Below are positions 52,173 to 64,000 of a stretch of DNA of 64,000 nt, piece after piece. Position 1 is the stretch's first letter. Every line of letters starts with the position of its first letter. This DNA is from Antedon mediterranea (taxonomy: Eukaryota > Animalia > Echinodermata), in NCBI RefSeq assembly GCF_964355755.1, contig NC_092670.1, positions 3,772,201 to 3,836,200 on the forward strand, read 5' to 3'. A model generated the notes under the pieces. That model saw only the letters and a list, made by a program, of their open reading frames with translations, was not told the DNA's origin and did not search any database. The position numbers and the translations under genes are program-made.

Positions 52173-52562
52173 TTTAAAATTTCTGTAAATATGGTAGATT
52201 TGATTATTCAGATTTCATTCGAGAATGTTCAACATACGTCTGAATCAGTGAAACGCCTATAACACAATGGAACATAAATTGCAAAATCTAGATCAGTAAA
52301 ACTACCAATTTCATAATCTAAATCGCGTGACAGAATTGTTATTTTTTCACCTCAAAATATGTTGTTGCAGCAAAACGAACACTTGCGAAAAGGAAATTAT
52401 TATTAAGACAATAGGATCCCTCGAAAAGATCGACAACTTTTCTTTACAAACAAAATTCTGGAATGAGTAAAGTATATGTTTTGGGAACTAAACAAATTGA
52501 TACGTAAATCAATACAATTTCATACAGCTGTAAAATATATAAATGTAGATTTGAAAAAATTA

Positions 52563-52633
52563 GAACAGTGGTCTTAGTGGTGGGATCTGTATATCAAACA
52601 AAACGTTCCGGGTTCGAATCTCGAGTTTTTTTT
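52563..52633 (+). mobile_element. Degenerate tRNA-derived head related to 14103-14174
   Basis: CAGTGGTCTTAGTGG..TCTGTATATCAAACA..CCGGGTTCGAATCTCG followed by a T-run; same ATATCAA loop, stems decayed. Confidence 0.55.
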
Positions 52634-53439
52634 CGCATCCTTACAGATTTTTAAATTTTAGACAATTTATAAAAAAATCTATTAAATTTTGCCTGCCTTG
52701 CATGCCTTTTATATAGATAACTGGATATTTTCCCAGGAAACAAAACGTATGATGAACATACAATTTAATTATGTCTACCAAAATCTTGTTGTCAAATATT
52801 AAAAACTCATATTCTTCTGTAAAGAACTGGTAGAGTTTGCGGCACGCATGCTGCATACTTTCCATCATTTTAAGAACATATGGTGATATTAATAATTAAG
52901 GACATTTTGCCCATAAACTAAAATATTGAAACAAGTAAGTTAACATTTTAATTACGGATTAGAGTGACAAATAATAGTCATTTTCAAATCTTGTACGCCA
53001 TTTATCGATGCGCGGGGCATTATTAGTTTGATTGACAGCGATACAAACTTTCGACAACCGGTCGTCAAAGCTAGCTATTATCAGGTTGCTCACGGCAACC
53101 TGTTACAGCAATATTAACTTTAAATCAAGTTTACCTTATAAGAAGTCGAAGTGCCACCCCTCTGTTAGCCACGTACAATTCCAGACAAATAAATCACTTC
53201 TGATCCAGCCCGGCTGAATCATCCGCCTGTTATGCGGCTTACAAAACACAACAAGTAGCCGCCTCTAACGCATGCAGGTGAATACTTAAATGAGAACATT
53301 ACCTGCACACTTTTAGTCATTATTTGAACTAATCGTACACATAACTTATCCACTCCACCTGTATACATTTTTACTTCAACAACTAAGAATCTAAAGTTGG
53401 CTTGAATTTATTAACACAACTAATTATACAACATATTCA

Positions 53440-55850
53440 TATTTATGATGCTTACAATGCTTTTATCAACACTTTCAAAAAATTATATAATAAAAAAAAA
53501 AAAAAAGAAAAAGTTCAAGAAAATCACAAAAAGTATAAAAAGTTCAAACAACCATGGATGAGCTCAAGACTCTTAAAGTCTAGCAAAAGAAAACATGTGT
53601 TGTACAACAAATTTATAAAACATCCCTCGTCTAAAAATAAGGATATTTATAAAGAGTTTAATAAGTCATTTATGCGTACATGCAAAAAGGCAAAGAAATC
53701 ATATTATGAAAATGTTTTTAACAATACTAAAGGAAATAAAAAAAAAACATGGAATATTATAAATGATATTATAAATCCAGGTGGAGGCAAAAATAATGTT
53801 CCATCCACTTTTACATCTGGTGACAAACTCATAGAGGGTTGTGAGCCTATTGCAAACCACATTAACGATTATTTTATTAATGTTGGTCTCAAGGTACGAG
53901 ACAGTATTGAGCCATCAACGGCACAATACTCTGATTACCTGCTAAACAGGCAAAGTAACTCTATGTTTTTCTACCATGTAAATGAGGAGGAAGTGTTAAA
54001 AGTGATTCAATCACTTGATGCAAACAAAACACCTGGTTTTGATGATATTTCACCAAAGGTAGTCAAGGCAGTTGGTGATGCTATTGTAAAGCCCTTGACT
54101 TATATATTCAACGTATCTCTTCACTCCGGCTCAATACCGGAACAGATAAAAATTGCAAAAGTAATTCCCATATACAAAAAAGGGGACCGTCATTTAGCCT
54201 CGAATTATCGCCCGATATCACTACTACCAATTTTCTCTAAAATCTTTGAAAAGATAGTCCATTCCAGATTGTATAATTACTTTAAAACTTACAATATACT
54301 AAATGATTGGCAATACGGCTTCCGAAACAATCATTCAACCTCCCACGCTATAATTGATCTGATCCACAAAATACTAAAGGCATTTGAAAACAAAGAGTTC
54401 GTAATTGCCACATTTATGGATTTGTCAAAGGCATTTGATATTATTGACCACAGTATCTTACTGAACAAGCTATTCCACTATGGTATAAGAGGTGTTACAC
54501 TAAAATGGTTCAGTAAATACTTAAAATCACGAAAGCAATATGCTTTTATAAATGGTACTTCGTCTAATATTAAGGAGACTAGTATTGGTGTTCCACAAGG
54601 GTCCGTTTTGGGACCTTTGTTGTTTCTTGTATATGTAAACGATATATGTAACTCAAGTACACAAATTGAATTAATTAGCTTTGCCGATGATACAACAGGA
54701 TTCAAGTGTGGAAATAACCTGAACGCATTGGCAAACACTATGAATGTGGAACTAGATAGAATTAATATGTGGTTCAAAGCTAATAAACTTTTATTAAACA
54801 CCAGCAAAACAAATTACGTAATCTTTAAAACTGCCCAAAGGCGTATTATTACAACCAACATTGAATTGAAAATGAATAACATTACTTTAGAACAACAAAA
54901 AAATGTAACATTTCTTGGGGTTGTAATAAATGAGAACCTTTGCTGGAAAAATCATATAAGGCTTATTAGCAAAAAAACCGCTAGGTCTATTGGAATATTG
55001 ATAAAAACTAGACATTTTTTTCCTAATTATATTTTAACAAATTTGTATAATACATTAATTCTACCGCACCTTCAGTATGGAAACATTATTTGGGGCAGTA
55101 CATATGATAGTACACTAGAATCCCTTCTTAAACTCCAGAAAAAGGCTGCTAGAATAATTTTATTTAAAAAGCCATGGCAACATTCTGAGCCACTGTTTAA
55201 GCAATTAAATATACTTAACATACAAGATATCAACAGAGTTACCGTCCTAGGTTTCATGGCCCAGATTAAAAGCAATGTTTTACCCAGACGAATCCAAATG
55301 ATATTCAAAAGAAACGAAAATACTACCCATAACCTTCGAAATATTTGTAGCGTAAAACAACCATACTCTAGGTTAACGTCTGGTCAACATTTTATCAGTA
55401 TTCACGGACCGAAACTATGGAACGAGCTCTGTAGAAATCACTTAGATATTGTTAACAAAAATTATAAAATACTAAAAAAATATGTAAAAAGAGACATTTT
55501 ATCGAATTACAGAACTTAAAATGCTTCAGTCATAAAATATAGATGCATATATTATGCATTTGTGTTGGTGTGTGCGAGTATACACACATAGTACAAATAA
55601 TCATGTTAAAAAAACAGTATCGCTTTTTGATGATGAACAACTCTAAAATGTATATAGGAATGTTTTTTTTTTATTTTGTATCTATTATGTTGTGTTTATT
55701 GTTTTATGTCTTTTATGTAAAAGGGTCCTGCGAAAACAGAAGTGTAAACTTCTCTATGCAGGATCCTTGCCATCATTTATGCTATGAAACTGTATTTATA
55801 AATGAGTAAATAAATGTGAATTGAATTTGAATTTACCAAAAATTGAATTG
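53440..55850 (+). mobile_element. 5'-truncated L2/Crack-like LINE with open RT frame; related to 47232-49491
   Basis: Open frame to 55519 with [25 protein letters not shown], no endonuclease; 3' stem-loop AGGGTCCTGC..GCAGGATCCTT; GAATT-type tail. Confidence 0.92.
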
Positions 55851-56346
55851 AAAAAAAACCCATTTTACCTGAAACAGGCCTTAAGCAAACAATTGTACAA
55901 TTGCTTGCCAATCAATGGGGTTTTGGCTGAATTTAACCGTTTATTTGATCTTTTATAAGTTTTTTTTCTACGGAATTGATTAACTTTATTAAAACTACAA
56001 AATGGACTATTCAAAGTATCTACCATTAATTTCATATAAAAAAGTAGACCTGTGTAATATAGGCCAATCTATTCAGATTACGATACATTTCTTTATGTAA
56101 TTTCTATATTTATATTTAAGAAAAACAGATATTTGTGTTGACAGTTCGCCAAAATATCATTCTATTGAGAAAATCCTGACAAAACATCATCAAGAAGAAA
56201 AAAATCTACCACACGGTAAATTTTCTGAAAAAAAGGTGTAAATTGTTGTAAGCGTTGACTGAGATGTAATTATTATTATTATTACACAATCATGTAACAA
56301 AAATATGACATGTTGTTTCCCGCAGTTTTTAAATTAACTATTTTTG

Positions 56347-59300
56347 TTAACTCTGAATACTTAAACTAGGCTCTGCTATAGTCGTCGAGTAGTAGAGACA
56401 GTCTGCGAATGGAGATGGTTCTGCAGGTCGGATCGGGTTCACCGAATTGGTTGTAATTCTGGGTTCCTCGCTATTACCAACGGGCCTGATTGTTACAACG
56501 CCTGGACTTTTTATCAATCTAGAATCCACAACATTCATGTAGTATTGGCTATCTCTATGTAATGATGCATATTCGGCCATGTTGTCTAGGCCTAGTTGTT
56601 GGCAGTTGGCTGTACTGTTACCAGATTTGTCTATCAACGCCTGCTGCTGCTTCTTATTAGAAGAGTATAATCTAAAATAAAAACATTTGGTGAAATTCCG
56701 AGCCTATGAGTCTGACTGATTCTAATCTTATGTAATACCATCGACGTAAAGGCAATAAGCTAATGCACGTTACGTTTATAAACGTTAATATAAACACACA
56801 CGAGTTAGGAGTTAAATATTTAAAACAGAAAAAATAAAAAGTGTAACTATATGGCCATTTAATACATACCTTAATGCGATTGGAACTACCAAAAGCAGAA
56901 TGATACATGGAATAATTGAAACAATAATAAGAGACCAGTTGAGAGATGAATCGTCACCATTTCCGCCAGGGTTATCATTTTCAATGACGTCACCATTATC
57001 GTCGTTATTTTTGCCGTCGTCTGTATCTAATGTAAATGCAGAACAAAAAAAACCAGATTTTTAATTCATTTGGGTTGAATTCTTTAAGATATATATAAAA
57101 GAAATAGTAGGATAATTAAACCTACGCCGAAAAAAATGCTCAGGATGGAAGTAAATTGTAAAAAAAGTTTAAGATTAGTTTTCAGCAGTTAGATCCCAAA
57201 TAAAAAAAAAACTATAATCTAAAACTAAATGCATTTAAATTGACAATCTTACCACTAATGGTAACTTTAAATGTGCAGTTTCCTATGTTATTTGCATGGT
57301 CAGTACTGTAGCAGTAAACAGTGGTTTGCCCAGGATTAAACAAGGAACCAGATGAACGCGTACAGGAAGCCGTCAGACCAATGTCAATGTTGTCACCAAC
57401 TGTTGGGTCGTTCCAGGTTACAATAGCTGGCTCTGATGACGACACATGAATATCATCTGGACAACTGAGACTAGGACTTGACGAGTCCTCTGTAAATTAA
57501 ATGTTGTTTTAAAATTCGATTAATCATTAGTACAGTAAGCACGAATGGTATTGATTATGTTATAACAATACGTATATAATAAATAGGCCTAATTCCAAAA
57601 GAATTACATATTCTTATATGAGCGTACTAATGTACCAAAATGAATCCATCATGACGATAATTTGTAAACCTATACACAGTATGCCAATCAATTCTAAAGA
57701 TAATTAGGGTGATTATCATCTATCATCCATGGTTTGTGCTATCTATCCAGGAGCGGCATCGTCTTCTTTCATTTAAGCTATTTATAAAGTCTTTTACTAA
57801 TGACAACGAAAACGTGTCGCCGATCAATATGTTGTTATATTAATCTTACCAAGTACAATGATTACAAATGAACAACTCCCCATATTTCCAGCGTTATCGT
57901 GGACAGTACATACAAGATTGTATGATCCACGAGTCAATGATATCGGTGACGTTGTTATAGCACTTTGTGGGGTATACCTTCGACAAACTGGTACCAGCAC
58001 ACTATCAACATTGTCAGTAACAATTGGGTACATCCATGCGACCGGGGTGGTATCGTGGTTGGGCGACACCCCTACATAGAGGTCATCGCTACATTCCAAA
58101 GTCGGTAGAGTATCATCTTGAAAACCATCATAAGAAACATTAACATTATTTAATTACGATAATGATGAATTGACGGTTAAATCCAAAATGCAACATCCAA
58201 CATTTTAAACCAGGGTCGATTCAGTCTAGATGAAAGACTTTATATAATAACAATCGCTTTATATTATATCACATTACAGTATAACCATAAGTAAATTTAA
58301 GCCTATTAATCTGCACAGTTTATACTCACCGATTACATATACAACAAATGTACAGCTGCCATCATTGCCAGCAACATCAGTAGCAACACAAGTAACTTGA
58401 TTTGAACCAAAACCAAAAGATGAACCAGTTGACGGAGTACAGATTGCGACCAGATTAATGGCCAAGTTATCGGTAACTTTTGGTGGACTCCAGTTTACCA
58501 CAGGTTGGTTAGTCCCAGCAGTGATGTCACTGGGACATTCCAAATTTGGGTTTACTCTATCAACTTTAGAAATAAAAAGCATTTACAATTTTAAATAAAA
58601 AGAAAATGCGAACATAAATTAAAGCACATTTATTTAGTTTTTAACACATGCGCTATCGTAACAGGATCCAATAATTTGACATTAATTTAAAAATAAGAAG
58701 ACATAGACATTCGCTACTGTACTTACCAGCGGTATACACGTTAAATGTACAATTACCCACATTACCAGAATCGTCAGTTGCTGCGCAAGTTACAGCAGTT
58801 TCACCAACGCTAAATTGTGAACCAGAAGGAGGAACACAAGTTGGTGTCAGACCAGTATCAATATTGTCTGTGACGGTTACAGACCACTTGGCAGAAGCAT
58901 GGTTTGAAGCTGTACTAGTGTTGACAAAGCCAGGACACGTGACTATTGGATCAACTTCATCATCTGTAAAACATGATACAGTAAAAATGTAAATGTTCGG
59001 GAAATTTACAGAAAATCTACAACAAACAAACACATTTTAAAAACATCTACTTTCTATGGTGATTGTCCCAAAACCAGAAACAGACTAATTTTTACCCGAA
59101 AGCAATCTAGATCATAAGATAAATACATTTAACAAAATCAAAATAGCCACAAAGCAACTCCATTGTTTTGTATTAAACGTATTAAATTTTGTATTAAACT
59201 AGACAGATTAAAATGTTTATGTATCAAGTTTCAAGTAATATTGAAATAATAGAAACTTCAACTTTCAGACTGTTTAAAGAACCACAATGTCCTTGTTCAA

Positions 59301-59815
59301 TGAGACAAAGACTGAACTAGACTAGGATTTAATCTACAAACGTTAATTTGATATATCTTTCTACAAGGAAACTTGCTCCAGTATAACATACTAAATCTGT
59401 AAAGCGGTATAAACATAGCGGAAATAACCATGGCGAAAATACCCTGGTGAATATATGTTCTTAATGGAAAATAAATCTGACGGAAAATTTGGTAAAGACA
59501 TGTTTATTGTAACACTGTTCAATCTTTTTACTACCGTTATCGTTATATCTACTAACAACCCGAAGACCACTGTCACTTTAGGGGCACCCTCTATAAATAT
59601 GGTGTAATAAAAAAAATTAACTAATCATTTAAATGTTAAAAGATTAAATCATTAAATCTACCTCTTAATTAAACTATTTTGCTGATAACATAAATGAATG
59701 AATGATATGAATATGTTATGGTTTCCACAATAAAGCAAAGTAACTTACTATTTTGAGTTGAAGCGATGTAGCTTTTCCAAAGTAAAACTAATACGAAAAT
59801 CCTTCTGCAAAACAT
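56347..59815 (-). CDS. Single-pass receptor with signal peptide, 4 HYR domains and Tyr-motif cytoplasmic tail (7 exons, ~507 aa)
   Basis: Exons 59815-59749, 58963-58727, 58563-58330, 58116-57850, 57489-57253, 57026-56870, 56671-56347 join in frame (1524 nt). HYR pattern D..P...CP...W....TDN......C....GS.F..G...V.C.A.D..GN...C.F.V in phase 1-1 exons; TM WSLIIVSIIPCIILLLVVPIAL. Confidence 0.88.
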
Positions 59816-61695
59816 TTCATCTGAGAGCTTATTGCTGTTAGTAACAGAACTGAATGCTGCTAGTTCAAATATACATAAATATTAGTTATTATCAGATTGT
59901 TTAATGAACCGCGCTGCTTTTATACAAATTCTAAAGGCATATAATATATTCTCTCTAAAACTATAAACGTACAATGACATCATACAATGGGAATACTTTC
60001 AAAATCTTATAACTTGTATATTCCATCGCTACGTTTCACAAAGCAAACATTCATTAGATTCGTCATAACCTTTTCGACGTTGACCTCTAATTTTATGTAG
60101 GCGAAAAGTGTTCCATACACTGAGTCCTATAAGTGGGATATTCGTACGTGGGAGGTATCTTGATAACGTTTCGATGTTGAAAAAAGTTACACGCATGTAA
60201 ATCGTCGAGGCAGATGATCAATTACCGTTGTGTCATTTCTTTTAAAACTATTTATGGTCTTTAGATTATAAACATACATAAAATAGTTTAGCAAAGAACA
60301 GTACAGTAAAAGTACGGACGTTATATATGTATGTGTCAATGTAAATTTATGTAAAGTTAGTATACGTTGAAAACATTGCCTTTGGTTATAATCAGTCAAA
60401 CAATATTCACAGTATAATAGGCCAGGACAGCTTCAATTTGCAACTTCCAAGGATCTAGGACCTACGCATATTGTGTCGTCATTGTTCGTCGTCTGGATGT
60501 AGAATATGCCAAAACTGTGTCAAGAAGAATCAAGTAAAGGAGTACGACGTTCGAATTAAATGCCCTGAGCACACAATGAATTAATATGATGTATTATATA
60601 ACACCTAAATAGACTCCTGTCATTTGATTAGACGATTTGGGTCACTTGATAACAAAAACAAGTGTCCTACTTTTACGATCACATAGCGCGGTTATTTTTC
60701 GGAATGAAGATCGCTGCGACCCCTTAGGCCTAACAACATCAACAAACAGTTCTGCATGCTCCCGCGGGACCGTGGTGTGTCACTTTTGTCGGTGGAAGAC
60801 CGAAACTACGCGAAAAATATATAGATTTCCTCCATGGTCCAATGTCGTCGCGGCAGATTTGTAATCGAATGGTAGTCACGTATGACTGAAATAAGCTGTT
60901 TTAGTTGGAGTTTAGTTTTAATAGGAATTCATTATAAGATGAATTCATGAATGTTTTCAATTTCTACCAGATAATACATCAAGAAGTCAAACCACACATT
61001 CAATGTACTTCCTCTTCCTTTTATTTATAAACGTAGAGGTTTCAAGTAAGACTAGTATAACATATCTGTTTGCATTGTTTTCTGTATAGTTATTGAACAT
61101 AAATACAAGTATTATTTATCTTTATTATTTACTGTATATTAATTGTGTTTTTATACTTAACTACATGCATTAAATGCATTGTATGGTGTACATAGTCTGA
61201 AGAAAGTATAAACCTGCACACACATGTAAACATACAAATTCATCTATATACATACTTTTTCACCTAATATACATATTATTTAAAAAAATAAGAATTACCG
61301 TAAATATTTATATACATTATAAGCACTTTTAAACATAATGTAACTTATACGATAAAATATTGCATTCTTGTCTACATTTTAGTTCATAAACTACCTTTTA
61401 ATTAAAAGGAGCAGTTTTTTGTTTTAACATTTTAAGTATTTTTATTTTGTATATAGTGTATGTACAGATGCAACAAATACAATTTAACCAAAGATTGTCA
61501 TGTTCTTGGAAAACATCTGAGCATTGAAGCGTTTCATATCTAAGAACACGCTTAATGCGACTCCATGTAACTTTTGTGCAATACCATATGTAATTCATTT
61601 TCTACTTCTTTAGGTAATAAGTCAATAAAAGCACGAACTATTTACAGTTTGAAATAACGGTTTACTTAAGTATCTTACTTCACTCTAATCCTTAG

Positions 61696-63832
61696 TTAAT
61701 TTGTACCGGTATATTGATATATTCTCCATTGTTTTCTTTCTTGCACGTGACCAGCTTTTTCGTATCCATTGGTTTCCGCGTAATTGAAAACTTCGTGCCA
61801 AATTTGACGTTTCTCGGCTTCCTGCCTTGCGATATATTCTTGAGTTGTAAAAAGCACGGACAGTAACTTAGGAAACGCTCCCATTGCCAATGTTAACATA
61901 GACTTACTAACTTCAGTAAATTTGTTAAAGTCAGCTGTAGTTGAAACGATGGTAGAATAAGCGATTGCAAAGAAAATGCCAAGTATTACGTTCCACAAAA
62001 TCAATTTTGCCTTCTGAACACTCGTCTTTTTGCATGTATTGATGACGAAAGAGCAATGCTTCGGGTAGTGTTGGAACCAATTTTGTGTAGATAACAAGGG
62101 GTTTGGATAGTACATGGACGTTTCTTAACGGAAGAAAGTAATGCCTTCGAACATCCAATTCACTACCAATCAAATTGTAATCATGGCTATCACGACCCGA
62201 CTGCCACGCCTCTCCTGCATCAACTATGGTGCGCCAAACTGCGGCATATGTGTTGTAATATTCTTTTATACTATTTATAATATACCAACAAAAGAAGAGG
62301 ATTGTAATAGCTCGTAAAACAGCTTCTTCGTCTTCGCCGTAGTTCGTTATAATACCTATAGTTGTTAGAACAATCACTTGCATAAGGATATATACAATGA
62401 TCATTACGTCAAGTGATAGAGAAACTACAAATGTGGTAAGCATAAATGCACGTATAACACTCCATATAAAATACAATGGAATACATATAATAGGACATTC
62501 TCGACCTTGCGCAGTACCGGTAGGCCTGCTAAAGATAATTCCAAACACATATTTAAAGATAGATAGTATTGGTTCTACAGTGAAGTAAAGTAGTGGAAAC
62601 ATATACCTTAGCAGACGAAATACAGAAACTAAAATGTCCATAATAAAAAAGGCGAAGCGATAAAATATATTTGAAATGTTAGAAGCAAATGGTCTGTCTT
62701 TCCAAATCTGACGATTGATCACAAGTTGAAATCGATTCAATATCTGACGGTAAAGACATGTGTACCGGTTGCTGTCAAAGTCTAATCCACAGTCGGAGCC
62801 ATCGTTGAAAACGGACAACGTTGCCGGACGAATAGTAATGATCAGCAATATCGAAGACTGACACCATAGAGCGTAATACGAGACGGCGTCAGCGTCAAAG
62901 TCAAAGTCATTGGTATTTGCAATAATAACATTTAAAAGAATAACAAATTCACACAGCATAAACACCCGAATGCTTAGTATCCATGCATGTGTATTACCCC
63001 AGTGCAATATACCAAACTTTGCACCTAGAGGTAATGGAGAATGCAAAGTCAACCTTGGTTCGTGGGTATTTCTAGTAACTTCTTGCTGTGATTGGTTATA
63101 TGAAATGTTCGAATGTTTGCGATGGGAGTCCTTTAGAAACACACCAATTAGCAAGGGACAAAATAACATCACTACATAGCAGATCACAATAATAAGTACA
63201 TTCCAGGTGTAATGTATCTGTGCTTTACAACCTAGTCCATCTGCAAAGTTTAAACATAAATACGATGTAGCGAAAAGGTTGTATGCTCGGCTGAAAAGCA
63301 TATTGTCGGAGTTTTCGAAGCAAAACAGATCGGTTTCACTAACATTTAGTATCGCTTTCATTGCAAATATGATATTATTAATAGAAAGGGAACAATAAGG
63401 GTTTAAATTAAAATTCAAATTCACTGTTATCTCTTTAATTTTTATTGTTTTCATAGACAACGTTTTGAAGTTGACTGGATACGTCATCACACTTGCTCCT
63501 ATTGCATCGTTAACCCACTTAACATTATCAAATCCATACCAAGTATGAAATAACTCTTCATAATCATACTCTTCAGTGTTAAAGTTTACAATCGAAATAA
63601 CATCTTTCTTAACCATAGCAACCAGTTGTTCACCGGTGATGGGTTCGCTGTTATGTGTCATAGTTGGTACCTGCATAGCACAAAATGTTATAAGCCTATC
63701 GTCCTTATACCAGTACCTTGTCCAAGAACATGTCTCATTCTTACCAATAGACGAATCCAAATTATCTTCTCCATAAACATTTTCACCTACAATTAATAGG
63801 TGAATGAAAAGACAAATCCAATATGATACCAT
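61696..63832 (-). pseudogene. Uncharacterised multi-pass membrane protein paralog B2, frameshifted at ~62047
   Basis: ATG 63832 (MVSYWICLFIHLLIVG). Coding-strand TTTC-GTCATC versus TTTCACGTCATC in B1 (2-nt loss); the true C-terminus VINTCKKTSVQKAKL..MGAFPKLL lies in ORF 62115-61696. Confidence 0.75.
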
Positions 63833-64000
63833 TTTTGTATTCTTCATCTGAAAAAAATTGTCAGTTCAATATACGTCTGAATCAGTGAAACGCCTATAAC
63901 ACAATGGATCATAAATTGCAATCATCTGAAACACTAAAACTACCAAATTTCATAATCTAAATCGCGTGACAGAATGGAAAATACAACATGACGGCATTTG

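Noticed and set aside
59391-59590. Extra exon in the HYR gene between signal-peptide and first HYR exon
   Set aside because: No convincing phase-compatible open acceptor/donor pair; exon 1 splices in frame without it.

Overview
AT-rich, intron-containing animal DNA; gene content suggests a marine invertebrate, possibly an echinoderm (inference only). Conserved part: the 3' 12 exons of a WDR49/WDY-like WD40 gene (+) converging on a complete 11-exon CLUAP1/IFT38 gene (-). Accessory, immune-like part: two intronless Ig-like receptor paralogs with ITIM/ITSM-like tails, an intact 4-exon TIR-NACHT-LRR gene ending in a CaaX-like motif, an intact 4xHYR transmembrane receptor, two paralogs of an uncharacterised multi-pass membrane protein, and an intronless class A GPCR. 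Mobile DNA: one apparently full-length two-ORF LINE, three truncated LINEs, MITEs, a foldback and several satellites. Most notable observations: (1) a (TA)n-embedded composite at 13.8-15.3 kb made of a fully foldable tRNA with an ATC anticodon between 82-bp direct repeats, a minimal Penelope-type hammerhead ribozyme and a 48-bp array with 240-bp higher-order period; (2) all four duplicated intronless receptor copies are frameshifted, and in both pairs the lesions are complementary in the same geometry, so an upstream-5'/downstream-3' hybrid would be an intact ORF; (3) a plant-TNL-like animal NLR with a predicted C-terminal lipid anchor. Exon coordinates were derived by eye from GT/AG sites and frame continuity; no database search was run.
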